A program made the translations under genes and the position numbers. DNA of 64,000 bases from the human T2T-CHM13v2.0 reference genome, Homo sapiens: assembly GCF_009914755.1 (NCBI RefSeq), contig NC_060934.1. One strand, 5' to 3'. Of the stretch, positions 53,268-64,000 are shown in pieces. The notes beneath the pieces were generated by a model that saw only the letters and a program-made list of their open reading frames with translations, was not told the origin of the DNA and did not search any database. The first letter of the stretch is position 1, and each line of letters begins with the position of its first letter.

Positions 53268-54259
53268 GCTTCTGATCTGAACGGAAAACTAAGCTGATGG
53301 AGGAAAGAGAGTTTCTTAAAAATGGCAGAGGAGATTCCAAAAAAAAAGTAATTCTAGTCACTCAAGAGACCAAAAGACCTCATGATCACAAAGCCACTTA
53401 TGATACTAAACACTCAAGGTAAGGGGCAAAATTTGTAGATAAAAGTCTTTGTGAAGATCATGAGACACATATATTAGAAGCAAAGAACAACAAAGAGTCA
53501 AGTGGCAATCAGTTACTTGATATTGTTATTCCACCAGGCACACAAATTGAGAAAGAGCAAATTACTGGGCAAGTTGAGAAGAATGCTACCAACCCTAAAC
53601 CCCAGTTAAGTCACTCCTCTCGACTGTCCCCTGACTTAACTAGAGACACTGATGAAGCTGCTTTTGAGCCAGATTATAATGAAAGTGACAGTGGAAGTTA
53701 TGTATCTGTAAAAGATGAGGAAACTTCAGGAAACACTTCTAAGGTCCTGAAAGATAAGATAATGGAGAAAGCAGGAGAAAGCAAAAGAAAGCCTGGACAC
53801 AGTTGGCCAGGTAGGCATAGGAGGAGCCAGAGTCCGAGCAGAAGTCAGAGCCCTTCTGGAGGCCAGACTTGAGGCCATAGCAGCAGGGCCAGTTCTGCAG
53901 AAAGTTAGAATAGCAGGAAGAATAATAAAAAGTAGGAAAAGGAAAAGCACAAGAAACATTAAAAAAAAAAAAAAAAAAAACCATACATGCAGGTACTGCA
54001 GGGGAATTGGAAAAAAGCCAAAAAACACAGACATAAGAAAAGGAAGTCAAAGAAGAGCAAAAGATAAAGAGAAAGATAACAAAAAATGAAATCTGTCACC
54101 ATGTAAAAGGACAGATTTTTTAAATGGACTTAATGGCTAAGTCTGTATTCAATTTTGTTATTATGTAAAGAGATTCAGGTCTTGTAAATAATGACATGGA
54201 AGACTCTGTGCTGCACTTAAAATATTGCTGCTTGATTATTGGATTTTTACATCAGAGGT
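53268..54259 (+). pseudogene. RBBP6 (pseudogene fragment): Diverged RBBP6 3' fragment (C-terminal coding region plus start of 3' UTR), probable retrocopy
   Basis: Translates in pieces to PHDHKATYDTK..., PKPQLSHSSRLSPDLTRDTDEAAFEPDYNESDS..., ELEKSQKH.HKK.KSKK.KDKEK...KSVTM* (stop about 54104), matching the recalled RBBP6 C-terminus; many indels and stops. Confidence 0.85.
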
Positions 54260-55374
54260 TGATGCAGTTTGGATATTTGTCCCCACCCCAATCTCATGTT
54301 GAAATAAAATCCCCAGTGTTGGAAGTCAGGCCTGGTGGGAGGTGTCTGGGTCATGGAGGTGGATCCCTCATAGCTTGGTGCTTTCTCTGCAAAATCTGGT
54401 TGTTTAAAGTGTGTGGCACCTCCCCTACTCTCTCTTGCTTCTACTCCCACCATGTGAGACACATGCTCCTGCTTCACCTTTCACCATGATTGTAAGCTTC
54501 CTGAGACCTCCCCAGAAGCAGATGCCAGTGCTATGCTTCCTGTACAGTCTGAAGAACTATAAGCCAATTAAACCATTTTTCTTTATAAATTAACCAGTCT
54601 CAGGTATTTTTATAGAAATACAAGAATTGCTTAATACAGAAAATTGGTACCAAGGAGTGGGACACTGCTATGAAGATACCTGGAAATGTGGAAGCAGCTT
54701 TGGAACTAGGTAATGGGCAGAGGTTGGAAAAGTTTGGAGAGCTCAGAAGAAGAGAGAAAGATGAGAGAAAATTTGGAACTTTTTAAAGACTGGTTAAATA
54801 CTTGTGACCAAAATGCTGATAGTGATATGAACAGTGAAGTCCAGGCTGATGAGGTATCAGATGGAAATGACAAACTTATTGGGAAATGGAACAAATGTCA
54901 CCTTTGTTATGCCTTAGCAGAGAACTTAGCAGTATTGTGTCCATGCGCTAGGGATCTATGGAAGTTTGAATGTCAAAGTGATGATCTACGTTATCTGGCA
55001 GAAGAAATTTCTGAGCACCAAAGTGTTTAAGAAGTGGCATGGCTGCCTCTAACAACATAAGCTCAGATGTGGGAGCAAAGGAATGACTTAAAGTTGGAAC
55101 TTATATTTAAAGAGGAAGCAGAGCATAATAGTTTGGAAATTTTTCAGCCTAGCCATGTGCCAAAGAAAGAAAAAGCTTTTTCAAGGGAAGAATCCAAGCA
55201 GGCGATGGAGTAACCACTTACTAGAGATACTTCCTTTTGGTAACAAGTATTTAACCAGTCTCTATGGAGCAACCACTTGCTAGAGATATTTACATAACTA
55301 AAAGGGAGACGGGTGCTAATATCCAAGGCAATGGGGAAAAAGCCTCCAAGGCATTTCAGAGACCTTTGAGGCAG
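54260..55374 (+). mobile_element. MSTB MaLR: 5' LTR (54260-54638) plus truncated internal region
   Basis: Homologous to 38505-39560 in this window; ends abruptly at an L1 junction. Confidence 0.88.
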
Positions 55375-56080
55375 GTGGGAATGTAAACTAGTACAACCAC
55401 TATGGAAAACACTGTGAAGATTCCTTAAAGAGCTAAAAGTAGAACTACCATTTAATTCAGCAATCCCACTACTGGCTATCTACCCAGAGGAAAAGAAGTC
55501 ATTATATGAAAAAGATACTTGTACACATACAAAAGATATAGCAGCACAATTTGCAATTTTAAAAACATGGAACCAACCCAAATGCCCATCAATCAATGAG
55601 TGGATAAAGAAACTGTGGTATATATATACAATGGAATACTACGCGGCCATAAAAAGGAATGAATTAATGGCATTCACAGTGACCTGCATGAGACTGGAGA
55701 CTGTTATTCTAAGTGAAGTAACTCAGGAATGGAAAACCAAATATATGTTCTCACTCATTTGTGGAAGCTAAGCTATGAGGATGCAAAGGTATAAGAACGA
55801 TACAGTGTACTTTGGGGACTCAACAGGAAAGGGTGGGAAGGGGGTAAGGGATAAAAGACCACAAATTTGTTTCAGTAAATACTGCTTGGGTGATGGGTGC
55901 ACCAAAATCTCACACATCACCACTAAAGAACTGACTCATGTAACCAAACACCACCTGTTCCCCATTAACCTATGGAAATGAAAAGATTTAATAAGAAAGA
56001 AAGAAAAAAAGAGAGAGAGGAAGAAAGAAAGAGGAAAGAAAAAGAAAGAAAGAACAAAAGAAAAGGAAGGGAAGAAGAAA
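55374..56080 (+). mobile_element. L1PB-type 3' end with GAAA-rich tail
   Basis: ggtgggaatgtaaactagtacaaccactatgg...caccactaaagaact..catgtaaccaaacaccacctgttccc. Confidence 0.85.
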
Positions 56081-56850
56081 CAAACAGATTGGAAAGAGGG
56101 AAGTAAAACCATTTTTGCAGAGGACACAATTATATTTGTGTGTAAAAATCCTAAGAAATACAAAAAACTACTAAAATAAGAAAACTTATAAAAATCATAA
56201 ATTACAAAGTCAATATCATAAATTACAAAATCAAATCAATTGATTTTTACATATTGACAATAAACTATAGGGAAATGAAAATGTAAAATATACCATTTAT
56301 ACAATAGCCTCACAAACTTTAAAATAATTAGGACTGGATTTAACAAAATGTGGACACAAGACCTATATACAAAAAGCTGTAAGCCGGGCATGGTGACATG
56401 AGCCTATAGTCCCACCTACTTGGAAGCCTGATGAAGAAGGATTGCTTGAGTGGAGTTTGAGTCCAGCCTGGCCAACATAGAAAGACCCCATCTCTATTTA
56501 AAAATTTTTAACACAAAAAACAAAATAAAATCCTGTAAAATATTGCTGAAATAAAATAAAGAAGACTTAAATAAATAGAGGGATATGCCATGTTCATGGA
56601 TTGAAAGACTCAGTATTGTTAAGACACCAATTTTCTCCAAATCCATCTACAGATTCAACACAATCCCATTCAAATTTCAACAGGGTTTTCTTTTTTTTTT
56701 TTTTTTTTTTGGTAGAAATTCACAAGCTTATTCTAAAAGCTATGTGAAAATACAAAGAATCTACAATAGCCAGAACAATTTTAAAAAGAACAAAGAAGAC
56801 TTATACTATCTGATTTTAAGACTTTCTATAAAGCTATAATAATCAAGACG
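56081..56850 (+). mobile_element. Old L1M ORF2 (right part), with a FLAM at about 56383-56505
   Basis: cagattggaaagagggaagtaaaacc.tttgcagaggac (degraded FADD region); translates to PCSWIERLSIVK. Confidence 0.75.
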
Positions 56851-56854
56851 GTAA

Positions 56855-57555
56855 GGTAGACCCACGATTTCCATGAGCATGAACCCACTGCTGAACTTTA
56901 TTTGCTGTAAAATGAATTTCTTGGCCAGAAGCAAAGCAGAGTGTCATACCACCATGGTGAATAAGGCATTCTTTCTGTATATGGATAATAGTTCTGGCAG
57001 GAGTATTGCAGGCAGAAAAAGCAAAGGCTGGCTGGTTCTTCCAAGGAAAGGTGCCATTGAGGGCTCAGCTGGTCTCTGCTGTTCAAAGGTTGGCCACTCA
57101 GCAGTGGTGGTAGGCATTAGACCTTAGTAAGTGGACAGTCCACATCACTCTTGCCTTGGCCACTTTGAGCATGAACACTTTAGGTAGCTGAGGAAAGAGG
57201 CTGGATGATCCAGAGGACAGATTATCTTGCCCACTTGATTATTAAAATCTTCTTCTGCTGTAATTACTCTAGGTGAGCATTCACATGGGATGCAGATATC
57301 TTCACTTTTGTGGCCAATCTGAGAGGTCTGTCCATACACCTCTTCCTCGAATGCCTTGTGACCACTTTTCCAATTGTGTCCCTTCCAAGCCCAGCCAGCT
57401 AAACCATTAGCCACTGCCCATAAATCAGTGTAGATCTATATCTCTGGTAACCTTTTCTTTCCCGGAAATAAACAATCAGGGGTACTGCTTGAAGTTATGC
57501 CCAGTAGGAGTATTTTCCTTCACTACTGTCCTTCAGGGCCACACCAGAAAGTCCT
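56855..57555 (-). mobile_element. ERVL internal pol fragment (RNase H/integrase boundary)
   Basis: Translates to ANGLAGW..WK.HNWK.G.K and AEEDFNNQV, typical of HERV-L/ERVL pol. Confidence 0.75.
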
Positions 57556-57605
57556 CCTATTTAAATCTCAACACAAACAAACCAACTGTAAAAAGACATT
57601 GATGA

Positions 57606-57942
<337 letters not shown>

Positions 57943-58354
57943 CTAAATATTACCCGGCCTCATCAGCTTATGATCTCAAAATACGGTCCTATTTCTATTT
58001 AGACCCAATTTAGAATGACTGTAAACATTACCCCCATCTGCCACCTCCCCAAGCAGGGGCATATTCTCACCCTCTCCAGACTCCATTATTCCAAGAAGCC
58101 CACAAAGGGGTTCTGCATATTAGACCACAAACTAGGCAGAAGCTGACAGCCATCCCTATCATTTTCTATCCTCTGACTCTCTAAACCCAGCTCCCACTTG
58201 TCTACGTCTACTGCCTCAGAAGCCACTTAAAGAGGCTTAATCATTGCTGCTGTTGACAAAAACAAAGAGAAAGAAAGTCCTTGAAACCATTCCAAATTAA
58301 AAGACACTAAGATACAAGACAGCTAAGTGCAATATGCAATCCTGAGTTGGGTTC

Positions 58355-58727
58355 TTTCTATGATTGAAATGTTTGTGCCCCTGCAACTCCCATCCTTACC
58401 ATCAAATGTTGAAATCCTAACCCCTAAAGTGATGATATTAGAAGTTAGGGCTTTTAGGAGGTTATTAGGTCATGGAGGTAAGTTCTCATGAATGGGATCA
58501 GCGCCCTTATAAAAGAGGCCGAGAGACCCCTCACCCCTTTACCATGTGAGGACACAGCAAGAAGTCACCATCTATGAGCCAGAAAGCAAGGCCCTCGCCA
58601 GACACTGAATCTGCCAGCACCTTGCTCTTGGACTTGCCAGTGTCCAGAACTGCAAGAAATAAATCTCTGTTCATAAGCCACCCAGTCTACGGTATTTTGT
58701 TATAGTAGCCTGAATGAACTAAGACAG
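58355..58727 (+). mobile_element. MLT1A0-like solo LTR within an L1MC 3' fragment
   Basis: atgggatcagcgcccttataaaagaggcc...ggtattttgttatagtagcc...ctaagaca. Confidence 0.8.
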
Positions 58728-59099
58728 TCTTAAACTGGGGGAAAAAATGGCTATAAAGTCATGACTGAGACAACTGAAATTTCAATATGGGCTGTAGATT
58801 ATAGTATATTCGTGTTAAATTTCCAAATTTGGATCATTGCATAGTGGTTATGTAAGAGAATGTTCTCACACTTAGGAAATACACACTGATGTATTTAGGG
58901 GTATAAATTATCACTGAAAATTCTCCCCATCAACACAGCCTTTCAGCCACACAATTTCCTTCCCAATAGCCAACAAATGTTATCTCCTTCTTGGATAAAT
59001 CCTCACAGAGGCATTTCATGCTTTTACAACCAATACATGTCCTAAATCTCTTTTATAACAAAAGTGAGACCATTCTCTACAGTCTATTCTGCATTTTGC

Positions 59100-59437
59100 T
59101 TTCTTTTTTTTTTTTTTTTTTTTTTTTTGAGACAGAGTCTCGCTCTGTAGCCCAGGCTTGAGTGCAGTGGCGTGGGTTTCCGCTCGCTGCAACCTCTGCC
59201 TCCCGAGTTCAAGCGATTCTCCTGCCTCAGCCTCCTGAGTAGCTGGGACTATAGGCGTGTGCCACCACACCCAGCTAATTTTTTGTATTTTTAGTAGAGA
59301 CGGGGTTTGACCATGTTAGCCAGGATGGTCTCGATCTCCTGACCCCCCACCTCGCCCTCCCAAAGTGCTGGGAGGTGATCCACCCACCTCGCCCTACCAA
59401 AGTGCTGGGATTACAGGCATGAGCCACCACACCCAGG
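59100..59437 (-). mobile_element. AluSc-like with an internal 28-bp duplication
   Basis: Poly-T plus Alu body; see finding at 59346. Confidence 0.88.
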
Positions 59438-59456
59438 CTGGCTGTCTTTCTTAATA

Positions 59457-59830
59457 CAGTCATGCATCACTTAATGACAGGGATATGGCCTTAGGCAATT
59501 TTGTCTGTTGTTCTGTGAACATCTTAGAGTACTTACACAAACATAGATGGAACAGCCTACTACTCACTTAGGCTATGTGGTAATGCCTACTGCTCCTACA
59601 CTACAAACCTAAACATGTTAATTTACAGAACACTGTAGGTAATTGTAACAAAATGGAAAGTATTTATGCATCTAAACACACCTAAACATAGAAAAAGTAC
59701 AGTAACAATATGGTAGAAAAGATTAAAAACGGTATACCTGCATAGGGCAGCTCCATTATAATCTTATGGGATCAACATTATATATGTGGTCCATCACTGA
59801 CAAAAACATTAGTTAGGCAGGGCATCACTG
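59457..59830 (+). mobile_element. Tigger3a (MER7A)-like DNA transposon
   Basis: TIRs cagtcatgc...gcatcactg flanked by TA duplication. Confidence 0.82.
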
Positions 59831-60186
59831 TAATCTTGAAGATCAATCCACATCAGAACGTGAAGTGCCTCCTCATTATTTTTTACCACTACCTAGTATT
59901 CCACTGTGAGATGTACCATAACTGAAGCAGGCCCCATTCTCTGGATACTCAGCTTGTTTCCAATCTTTTGCTATCCCTTATTAACATCTGTACAATAGCA
60001 AACATCAAGGGACCCAGGAAGATTGGGAACATAAACATATAGTAAAAGTATGACATTAATATGTCATTAATAATTTCATTAGGAATTATATTTTAAATGG
60101 ATACTAAGAAATGCAACGTTTTATGTTATGAGTCAGGAAACTAGATGTGTGAAGGAATGATTGATGAGTATGAAAAACCAAGAATG

Positions 60187-60492
<306 letters not shown>

Positions 60493-61454
60493 TCAATGTT
60501 AACAGTTCTGTGTATTAACTATTAAATAAACCTTCCTGGAAAAGCATTTGAATACAATGAGTTGTTTTTTTTTTTTTTTTTTGGAAAACTATTCCAGACA
60601 TGAAACCCAAATGACAATTAAGAATACTAGTAAAACAATTGATGGTGGTGTTGTTATTGTGCCATTAATGAAAGTACTGACAGGAAAAGGATAGGACTTT
60701 GCGTTCATTAATAAAAGATCTAAAAAAAACCATAATGTCCTATAATTAAAACAACAACAAATAAAGTTACCTTTTACTTCACTCTGCCAAATAAGGCTAT
60801 ACTGGAAGAGAAAGAGGTAACTATTGACCTGAGAGTGAAGACTGGAGTATAAATGTACATATACATACCTATATATACACTGAGACTATGTATTTGGGGA
60901 TTGTAGGACTCTTTTGGTTGGTAAAAATTAATTCCGTATCACTTTTATCCTCAGGTTCTTTTTTCCTCAGGTATTTTTCCTTAGGTTCTTGAATTTCAAA
61001 AGATAGTAACTTAATTTGACATACACTTAGACAATATCCCAAGAGCCTAAAACCACATAGGCAACTTATCCTGACCTAAAATCCTCTCTTCTTCCAGGAA
61101 TCAGAGTCTAGTAACTGTCCTCTGCCAGCAGACTCAGCACTTTCTCTTTTATTACAACGGCCTTTTGTGGATTTTCACTCCTCGGACTAGACAGTTGGCC
61201 CTTTGAAGGTAGAATCCATATCTTAATGATCCAGCTGCACAGAATGTATTCGAGCAAGCGTAGTGTCAGCTCCTACTCTCCAGAAGCAGCAAGCACAGGC
61301 TCTGTCCAGTGTCCACTGTCCAGGGCCAGCGGTGATAGTGGTGCAAGTTGCAGCATCTATGCCAGCAGCGATGGCATTACTGTCTTCACTGAAGCAGTTC
61401 TAGCCTATGATTTGGGAGGCTGGCCTTGAACATGAAGCCACCTAGCTTAATTTT

Positions 61455-61820
61455 CCGGTCTTATTGGTCAGAATAGGCTAGGTCATCCCATGAAACAAAT
61501 AAATTCCAACATTTCAGCAGTTTTGCTTTCCAATCACACACGGGTGGAGGCGGGTTGGACAGCTTGTCTGGGCGGTGCATCTCCAGGCAGTGACTCATGC
61601 CCTGGGCTGTTCCTAGTGTGGTTCCAGCATCGCAGCTCCTTCTCTTTCACAGGACCATGAGAGCCAAGGATATGGCAAGAAATTTTAGGGACAGGCCTGG
61701 AAACACTATGCATTAATTTCCCCTTATGCTCCGTCGGCCTAACTGAAAGGCAGGCTGAAAAACCTCATCTTCCTATGTGCTTAAGAAGCAGAAATGGGAC
61801 TGGGGAGGATCCAGCCAGGG
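61455..61820 (-). mobile_element. Old MaLR LTR (MLT1J/K-like)
   Basis: ggtcagaataggctagg...ctccaggcagtgactca...ctaactgaaaggcaggctg. Confidence 0.5.
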
Positions 61821-62029
61821 TTTACCCTTCAAGAAATTTTATTCTTCCAATTTTGGTATGTGGTATATGTGAGCACTCTCTCAGAGATTTTATGAGCCAC
61901 CTCTTATCCTTTCAGAGGTTCATTTTCTGATGACCCCAGCCAAGATTGGTTTCTATTGTCTGCAACTAATGTCCTTGACTGATAGAAAGATGGGAGGTCC
62001 AATAGGATATACTGTTCAGGAGCACATAC

Positions 62030-62225
62030 CTGCACTCAAACTCCAGGCTCTTGCTTTACTAAACTTCACACTTTTGGCAAGTGACCGGGCCTCATCTTCC
62101 ATAAAGTGCAGAGAATAATAGCATCTACCCTATGAAGTTGTTGTGAGGATAGAGTAAGTTAATGCGAGGAAAGTGCCTAGCACAGCTGGCCTGCAGTAAG
62201 TGCTCAGTAAATGGTATCCATTATT
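62030..62225 (+). mobile_element. MIR SINE
   Basis: gaataatagcatctacc...gttgttgtgaggat...gtaagtgctcagtaaatgg. Confidence 0.75.
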
Positions 62226-62384
62226 TATCCTCCCAAGGTATCCAGCCTTCAGAGGCTTCCTGGAGGAGGTACTCACAAAGATTTGAATGATTGTAGAGGA
62301 CTGGGCAGAAGAAGGGGTCTTATAGGAAAATGAGCTTCTCCAGGCATGATAGATGTGTTATCTTTGTTTTGGGTTTTTACAGTT

Positions 62385-62549
<165 letters not shown>

Positions 62550-63271
62550 TGAGATGTGTTATTTTTAAATTAATGGGTGCTGAGCACTGAAGAAAGAGCC
62601 ATCCAGTGTTTGAGTATTCCCATCATGTGCTCAAGGGAACCTCCTTGCCTGGGTCCCATTTATCTTCTCCTTTGAAAGTCAGATTTGGGGGAGTTTGACT
62701 CATGGACAAGGTCTGTGCGCACGCTGTCTTTTAGCTCTGGGATGGGGGTGGTGGTGGGCAAGCCCTTCCCGGGTAAGGCAGAGCCTGTGGGGCCAGTGCC
62801 TGTGTGAAGACAGCAAGGACACTGGCAAGCACACACCAGGCAGGGTTCAGGCTCGGGCTTAGGGTGTCCGGAAGGGGAATGGCTATTCTGAAATCCCAAG
62901 TCTAAGCTGAAGACCTTCCTCAAAGCCTCAGGAGATCCGGCTCACGGTGGGGACAAGTATAGAGTATTTGTTTCACAGCAGCAGTGAGCAGGCCTTCATT
63001 TGCTTCTGTGTTTTTCAAGTCACTTGTTGGGGTGTGAAAATCCCATCCCTAGATTCTCCACTAACTTCTTCACTGTAAATGCAGAAGCCCCAAAGGAGCC
63101 AATTTCATGTGCCAGAGCCCAACAGGCCTGGGCTCCCATCCTCAGTGTGTTATCATGGAAGACAAGGCAATGACAAGCAAATGGTCTTTCTTTGGGGACA
63201 GTTGTAAAGCCCTTGAGTGATAAGCCCCCTCCAATGGAATGTGGCCCTTCCTATCAAGAACAGCTCCAGGA

Positions 63272-63594
<323 letters not shown>

Positions 63595-64000
63595 TCAGGT
63601 CGAGTCCTCTTTCTCTAGAGAGGGATTTTCTAAATATGAAAGAATCGAGGTTCCTATTTTGACCATGTCTTCTTAAAGGATGACAGTCCAAGTTCTCACT
63701 GAAACAACAGTAGTAGGCAGCAGAAAGACAGTGCAGAGGGAGGGGAAGAAGTAGAGGTATGGACTTAAGGACTGGGTGACATGGCCAGGGAAATGGACAT
63801 TAATACTCAACAGGCTAAGTCAAGGATGTTTAATGTGCCCATCCCACTGCTGGGTTTCAGGGAGCTGAAGGGAGCAATGGGCCAGCACTGAGGTTGAGAT
63901 CTGATTTTGTCCTTTACTAGCCTTGGAGCCTTGGTCCATGTTAACTGTCTGAGCTTCGGTTTCTTCATTTATCAACTATAGATAAAATTCCTTGCCCTGG

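Overview
Human (primate) genomic DNA; a consensus-perfect AluYa5 points to human. Most of the window is interspersed repeat: about 25 Alus, L1s of several ages, MIR/L2/L3, MaLR, ERV1, ERVK and ERVL elements, and hAT/Tigger DNA transposons. No intact protein-coding gene, RNA gene or CRISPR array can be supported. The main features are: (1) a 5'-truncated, disabled processed pseudogene of ZNF532 (45826-53262, +) fused tail-less to an AluJ and followed directly by an older RBBP6 3' fragment, all nested in an old L1; (2) a CpG island at about 26.2-26.7 kb with a candidate 73-nt minus-strand exon just downstream; (3) an approximately 150-bp inverted repeat pair (29761-29915 / 31456-31615) whose mismatches are skewed toward G:U compatibility on the minus strand; (4) several small, locally templated insertions. 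I found no convincing new biological system; the inverted repeat and the retrocopy stack are the best leads. Repeat subfamily names and parent-gene comparisons come from my recall of consensus and protein sequences and were not run against a database. Repeat boundaries are approximate unless a target-site duplication (TSD) is quoted.
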